Origin: Dicyema japonicum | Taxonomy: Eukaryota; Animalia; Dicyemida | Direction of reading: 5' to 3' | NCBI GenBank assembly: GCA_011109175.1 | Contig: RDEW01000044.1 | Location: 11,791-75,790, forward strand | DNA: 64,000 bases | Shown: positions 59,400-64,000 of the stretch, one piece after another | Layout: each line of letters opens with the position of its first letter | Numbering within the stretch: position 1 is the first letter of the stretch | The notes under the pieces: model-generated | What the model was told of the DNA's origin: nothing | Seen by the model: the letters and a program-made list of their open reading frames with translations, nothing else | The model's database searches: none | Program-made: the position numbers and the translations under genes

Positions 59400-62130
59400 C
59401 GAAATTTCTGGTTTTACGACCAATAATGTCTTCCTCAACAGCTGATTGTCGAGAACAATGGGATGCTTCGGTTATTTAAAGAACGCTTTCTAGACTCGGT
59501 CGTGTCCCCAGAGGTGGATGGGCTATTCTCTTGGAAGGGTTCAAGTCTAAGTTTGGAGAGGAAATAACAATGCCTGAGTTCAGAAAACTGATTATGTCCA
59601 AAAACACCAACAATTACCAGGCAATGAATATGATTCGAAGGGGACCTCAGATTCTAAGCCTGATATGCCTTCGACATTTATTGAGGCAATTTGTATGCTC
59701 GTTGTGAACGTACCTTTATTGCAGAGTTACGGACGAATCAGTCAATTGACCATTCTTCCAAGACCCCGTACGAAGAAAATTCCTTATGTAAATGTGGATA
59801 TTCTCGAATGCCTGAACCGTGTTATTAATGCTTGGATTAAGTTAATCACCCAACATCAATTGATCAAATTTCCTCTATTATTTATGCTCATGGGATCTAC
59901 AATTTTTTCCTTAAGAAATTTACCTCGCTGTTTGAATTTATCTATATCGAAATGCTTAGGATTGTAAACAGAGAGTACGTCTCTGGAAACTGGTTTTTTA
60001 CTGGAATTACGTACTTTATCCCAAAATGTGAAGCGCCACAGTCGAAAGGAATTACGCCCTATTACATGCATTTCGTCACTATAAACTTATGACAAAGTGT
60101 ATCAATGCCAAGATAGCGGATTATGTGGAAGCATTCGGCCTTCTATCTGATAACTAGATGGGAACAAGGAGATGTCAGGGTGCTAAAGAACAGGCACTAG
60201 TCAATAAATCACTTAATAAAGTAAATGGAGGTTGATTATATGCTGCATGGATTGATGTTAAAAAAGCATTTGGCTCGGTTCACCACAACTTTTTAATGGA
60301 AGTCCTTGAAAATTCCGTAATTCCCGAATGGATTATTAAAGTTGTGAGATTACTGATTATAAATTGGGGAGTGAAACTAATGTTGAATAATGAAAATATT
60401 CGTGATATTCACATTGAAAGGGAAAAGTCTATCCCCCATGACCCACTTAACCGTTTATTGACATATAAATATCCAAAAGTCTCCGTTTTACTTGATAGTC
60501 TGTCTCGTCATTCTCAACTAATCATCTTTTATTTATTGACGATTTTAAACTTATTTCGAATAGTGAAGATGTTATTGTCAAGATGATGGAAGATGTTAAT
60601 TTGTATTTCAGTCCTGTGGGGCTGGAAAGGAATCTAGAAAAGTCCGCTACAAATGTCTTGTGTTATCAGTTGTTAGAGGGAATGGACGGATATAAATACC
60701 TCGGTGTATTCCGGACAAATTCAAAATCCAGAAATGTTAAAAATAATTTCTTCGCAAGTAAACCAGAGAATTGAGAAACTGGTGAATACCAAACTAAACG
60801 CAGTGAATTTGTTTAAGGCTATTAACGAGCATGCTCTGCCTTTATATAACTATTATATTGGACTCATTAATGTGGAACCCTGTGAATACGATTTGAATGA
60901 CTCAGCTATCCGCACCATATTGATTAAACATCGAGTCCATCTCAAACCTGCATGCAAGCAGAGGCTTTATTTAACGTTCAATATTTCTTCTAAGTGAGAA
61001 GATGTTATATGGATTTTTTTATGATCTGAAACTCAGAAGTACTGTTTGCAGTAGAAATGCCGCAATTCTTCAAGCCGAAATATCGGAGAAAACAAATTTG
61101 GCATTAATCGAAGAATTTCTAAGGCACAAGTATTCTGTTTGCGACACTTCTGAGTTGGATATAAAATTGATATCGAACATGCAAAAAGAAGGTTTAATGA
61201 ATCAAATAAGATTGAAGAGTCTTTATTCCGTTATTTATAAGAATTTGTTGGAGGATTATGTGAATATAGAACATTCCTTTAATTGGATTCTAAAGGGAAT
61301 AACTCCCCAAGGTCGGAAGCCTTATTCTGTCTTATTCAAGATAGGAATCTGTTCTTTGAGAACAAAATGCAATGTGCACCCATTTAAAAAATGGAAGAAG
61401 ACAGTGGATAATTGTGCCACACGCTGTGAAAAGATGTTGCATGGGGATCATGTAAGAAGACATAACGGAGTCGTGAGATGTCTACATTTCCACTTTTGAA
61501 TAGAGTTTGGTCTCAAAAACGATAAGAAACTGAACACTCATTCAGAGCAATTTATTGTAATGAATGACTTAGTTGAAATCTGAGTTGACACGTTTATTTA
61601 AACGGACATAATTATTGATCTTAACAAGCCAGACGTGTTTGTTTTTGATAAAAGGAGAAACAAAATTACCTTGGTCGAAGTGGAAATAACATCTTCCCAA
61701 AATCTACACCAGGTGGAATGCGAAAAGCTGAGGAAGTATGATGACCTCCTTTCGAAAGAACTGGAGTTGATACACCACGCAGAGGTCAAGATTGTCCCGA
61801 TTGTACTCACTTGGAATGGCCTAGTGACTTCACATTCGTGGAACTATGCCAGATCATTGAATATAAGTGAAAGAACGAATGCGTATGTTCTGGTAATCAA
61901 GAAGACTTTGGAGAGTATGATTTTATGATATAGAACGAAGTCGACGTTTTGAGGCGTTATGATAAACTTAATGAAGGGGTAAAGGATATTTACTCTCGGT
62001 CTGATTATGAAGAAATTCAAGAGACTAGTGTGAGCGAGGTGATGACAATACATACTGAGGAAAAGGAAAAGGACTGTGTCAATTGGGTTTACTCCCATAG
62101 TTGCTCGAAGAGGAAATGAATTGGATAGAG
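59400..62130 (+). mobile_element. R4/Dong-like RLE non-LTR retrotransposon, long decayed copy
   Basis: ELRPITCIS, CQGAKEQAL, WIDVKKAF, YKYLG, NLFKAINEHA, RRHNGVVRC, NKPDVF..LVEV, IVPIVLTWNG; many frameshifts. Confidence 0.88.
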
Positions 62131-62225
62131 AACATCTTAATTATAATTAACCTATTAATTATTTTTAATGTTTAAAAAATAAAAAACTAATAAATAAAAT
62201 ATACGAATATTAAAATAATCAGCTT

Positions 62226-63048
62226 ATGATTGAGCAGGAATTTAGAATAAAAAGTAGTATGGATGTTCTAGTAACAACCAGTGATGCTGTGGAAGACATC
62301 GTTTGAACTGATTGGGTATTTTAGTGGTATAGAAGTCAATGTGGGCTGATTGAGGACATCAAGAACAGGAAATACTCAAAACTAGTAATTTGCAAAGGAA
62401 ATGGAATCGACATGAGCGAAGCTACGATTATTGAACCTGTAAATGTGGAACCTTGGGAGAAGTTCTCCTTCCCTAAGAGTTCAAATAAGTTCTCAATTCA
62501 ACTGAAAGACGGGACACAAATTCACATAAAGGCTGCTGACAAAAAAATATGCAGTGAATGGTTTTATCTGCTTATAATGAACTTATTCTACCCTAGTTCC
62601 TATGAGAACATAATAAATGTACAAACAGAAGACCTTCCTGACGGTTTCTTATGTTTATATGGTAGAGGAGTACATAGTGAGCATTGTTCCGAGTGACCTC
62701 ACTGACCGTCTGTGCATCGCTGGTAAGTATACTTTAACCATTTCCTTCAATTCACTACAACTTAAGACCAATGATGGCAATAAACTCGTAAATATATGGA
62801 ATTTCACAAAAATAAAGAAATACTTCGTTAAGGGACCCACCATATTTGGGATTGAATCGGGCTCAAAATGTGGGAGTTGGTGTGGGACATTTAGCTTTAA
62901 ATGTAAAAATTCCAACCTAATAGCCACCTCCTTTAAAATTAAAATGAAGGATTTCATCCAATATCAGAAAAAATTGGTGGACAAAAAAATATCCACAGAA
63001 AATATAGAGGACTACGATAACATTGAATACGCAAATGCAAATATTTAA
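62226..63048 (+). CDS. DOK-family adaptor (PH-like + IRS-type PTB domain), 3 exons, ~258 aa
   Basis: ATG 62226, introns 62301-62324 and 62644-62665. PH C-terminal helix HIKAADKKICSEWF; PTB motifs GKYTLTI...WNFTKIKKY...FGIESGSKCGSWCGTFSF; C-terminal YDN and YAN motifs. Confidence 0.82.
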
Positions 63049-64000
63049 ATTTATAAAATTACATTAGAGTGGATTTAACAATTTTATTTTAAAAAATAAG
63101 TGATTATTTAAATAACGTCTTCGGATGGTATTTTTGGTTGCCGGAATTGGGTTCACATACTAGTTGACATTACTTTTGTCTTTCTGTCTCGGTGATCCCG
63201 GGGTTAATAAATAAATTTAAATAACGTGGCTTTATTGTCTTTCTTCGATGATATCATCATCTGCGGGGATTTGAATGCGAAGCAACCCTTATGGCTGTAA
63301 ACTCAACTAGTTGACATGAGAGAGAAACTATTGTCATCGCAAACGGACTCCTTAACGATATTGAATGATCCATCGAGAAATACAAGGACACCAAGTCGTC
63401 TACATCACTTTTTTTACTCAGAAAAAAATTGCGTTGAAGACAGTCACCCTAAAGTTAAACAAGGTCGGAATCTCTTTCAACAGAAGTCAAAGAATCTTGA
63501 TGTGATATACATCTCTGTTTGACACCACACGTAGAAAACATTCAATTGAAATATGAGAAGAAACTGAACGTATTGAAAGTTTATCGGGAATATGTTAGAA
63601 CTCATTATGAATAATCACTCCATCTCTATGCAACACAAAAATTGCTAGAATTTAGAGGTTGGCCCCATCGGTGTTAAATAATGATGACATGGATTATTAA
63701 ATAATTTTATTGTTTTACTTTGCTTTTGGTAAGAACCACTTTGAATTAAGTAATGGTAAGTACCATTTAATCGCAATTTCACAATTAGTACTACACGTAT
63801 TTTAGTCTCTAAATAATTTTTATACTTTTCAATTGTTTCCGAAATTTCCCTGTTAGTTTTATTATATTGAAAATCAACAATTAGAACCTACACGAATTCA
63901 TATATTGAAAATCAACAATTAGAACCTACACAAATTTTAGTCTCAAATTTTTTTATTCCAATTTATTGTGTTCCAAAATTCCCTGCGAGTTAATTCATAT

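Overview
AT-rich eukaryotic (animal) draft-assembly window, dominated by decayed transposons, with a few compact host genes. The ORF track largely misses these genes because they are split by ultra-short spliceosomal introns (21-29 nt; GT-AG plus one GC-AG). Spliced by hand, the genes are: two paralogous, highly divergent proteasome-subunit-like genes (1605-2337 +, 11985-12697 -) with five identically placed introns; a minimal DLC/STARD13-type RhoGAP-START gene; a valyl-tRNA synthetase (probably mitochondrial); a DcpS homolog with a degenerate HIT motif; and a miniature DOK-type PH-PTB adaptor. There is also a tRNA-Gly(TCC). Animal signalling genes plus ~24-nt introns suggest a reduced parasitic animal such as a dicyemid (inference only). 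Mobile DNA includes RTE, CRE, R4/Dong-like and Ingi/Vingi/Jockey-like non-LTR elements, MULE and hAT remnants, integrase fragments, a TGT..ACA MITE and two SINE-like families whose tails resemble LINE 3' ends in the window. One APE-type element has an HDV-like ribozyme fold at its 5' end followed by a 2A ribosome-skipping motif. Many short tandem duplications next to single 'n' bases, and a ~7 kb duplicated block, may be assembly or haplotype artefacts. All family assignments rest on motif recognition, not database searches.
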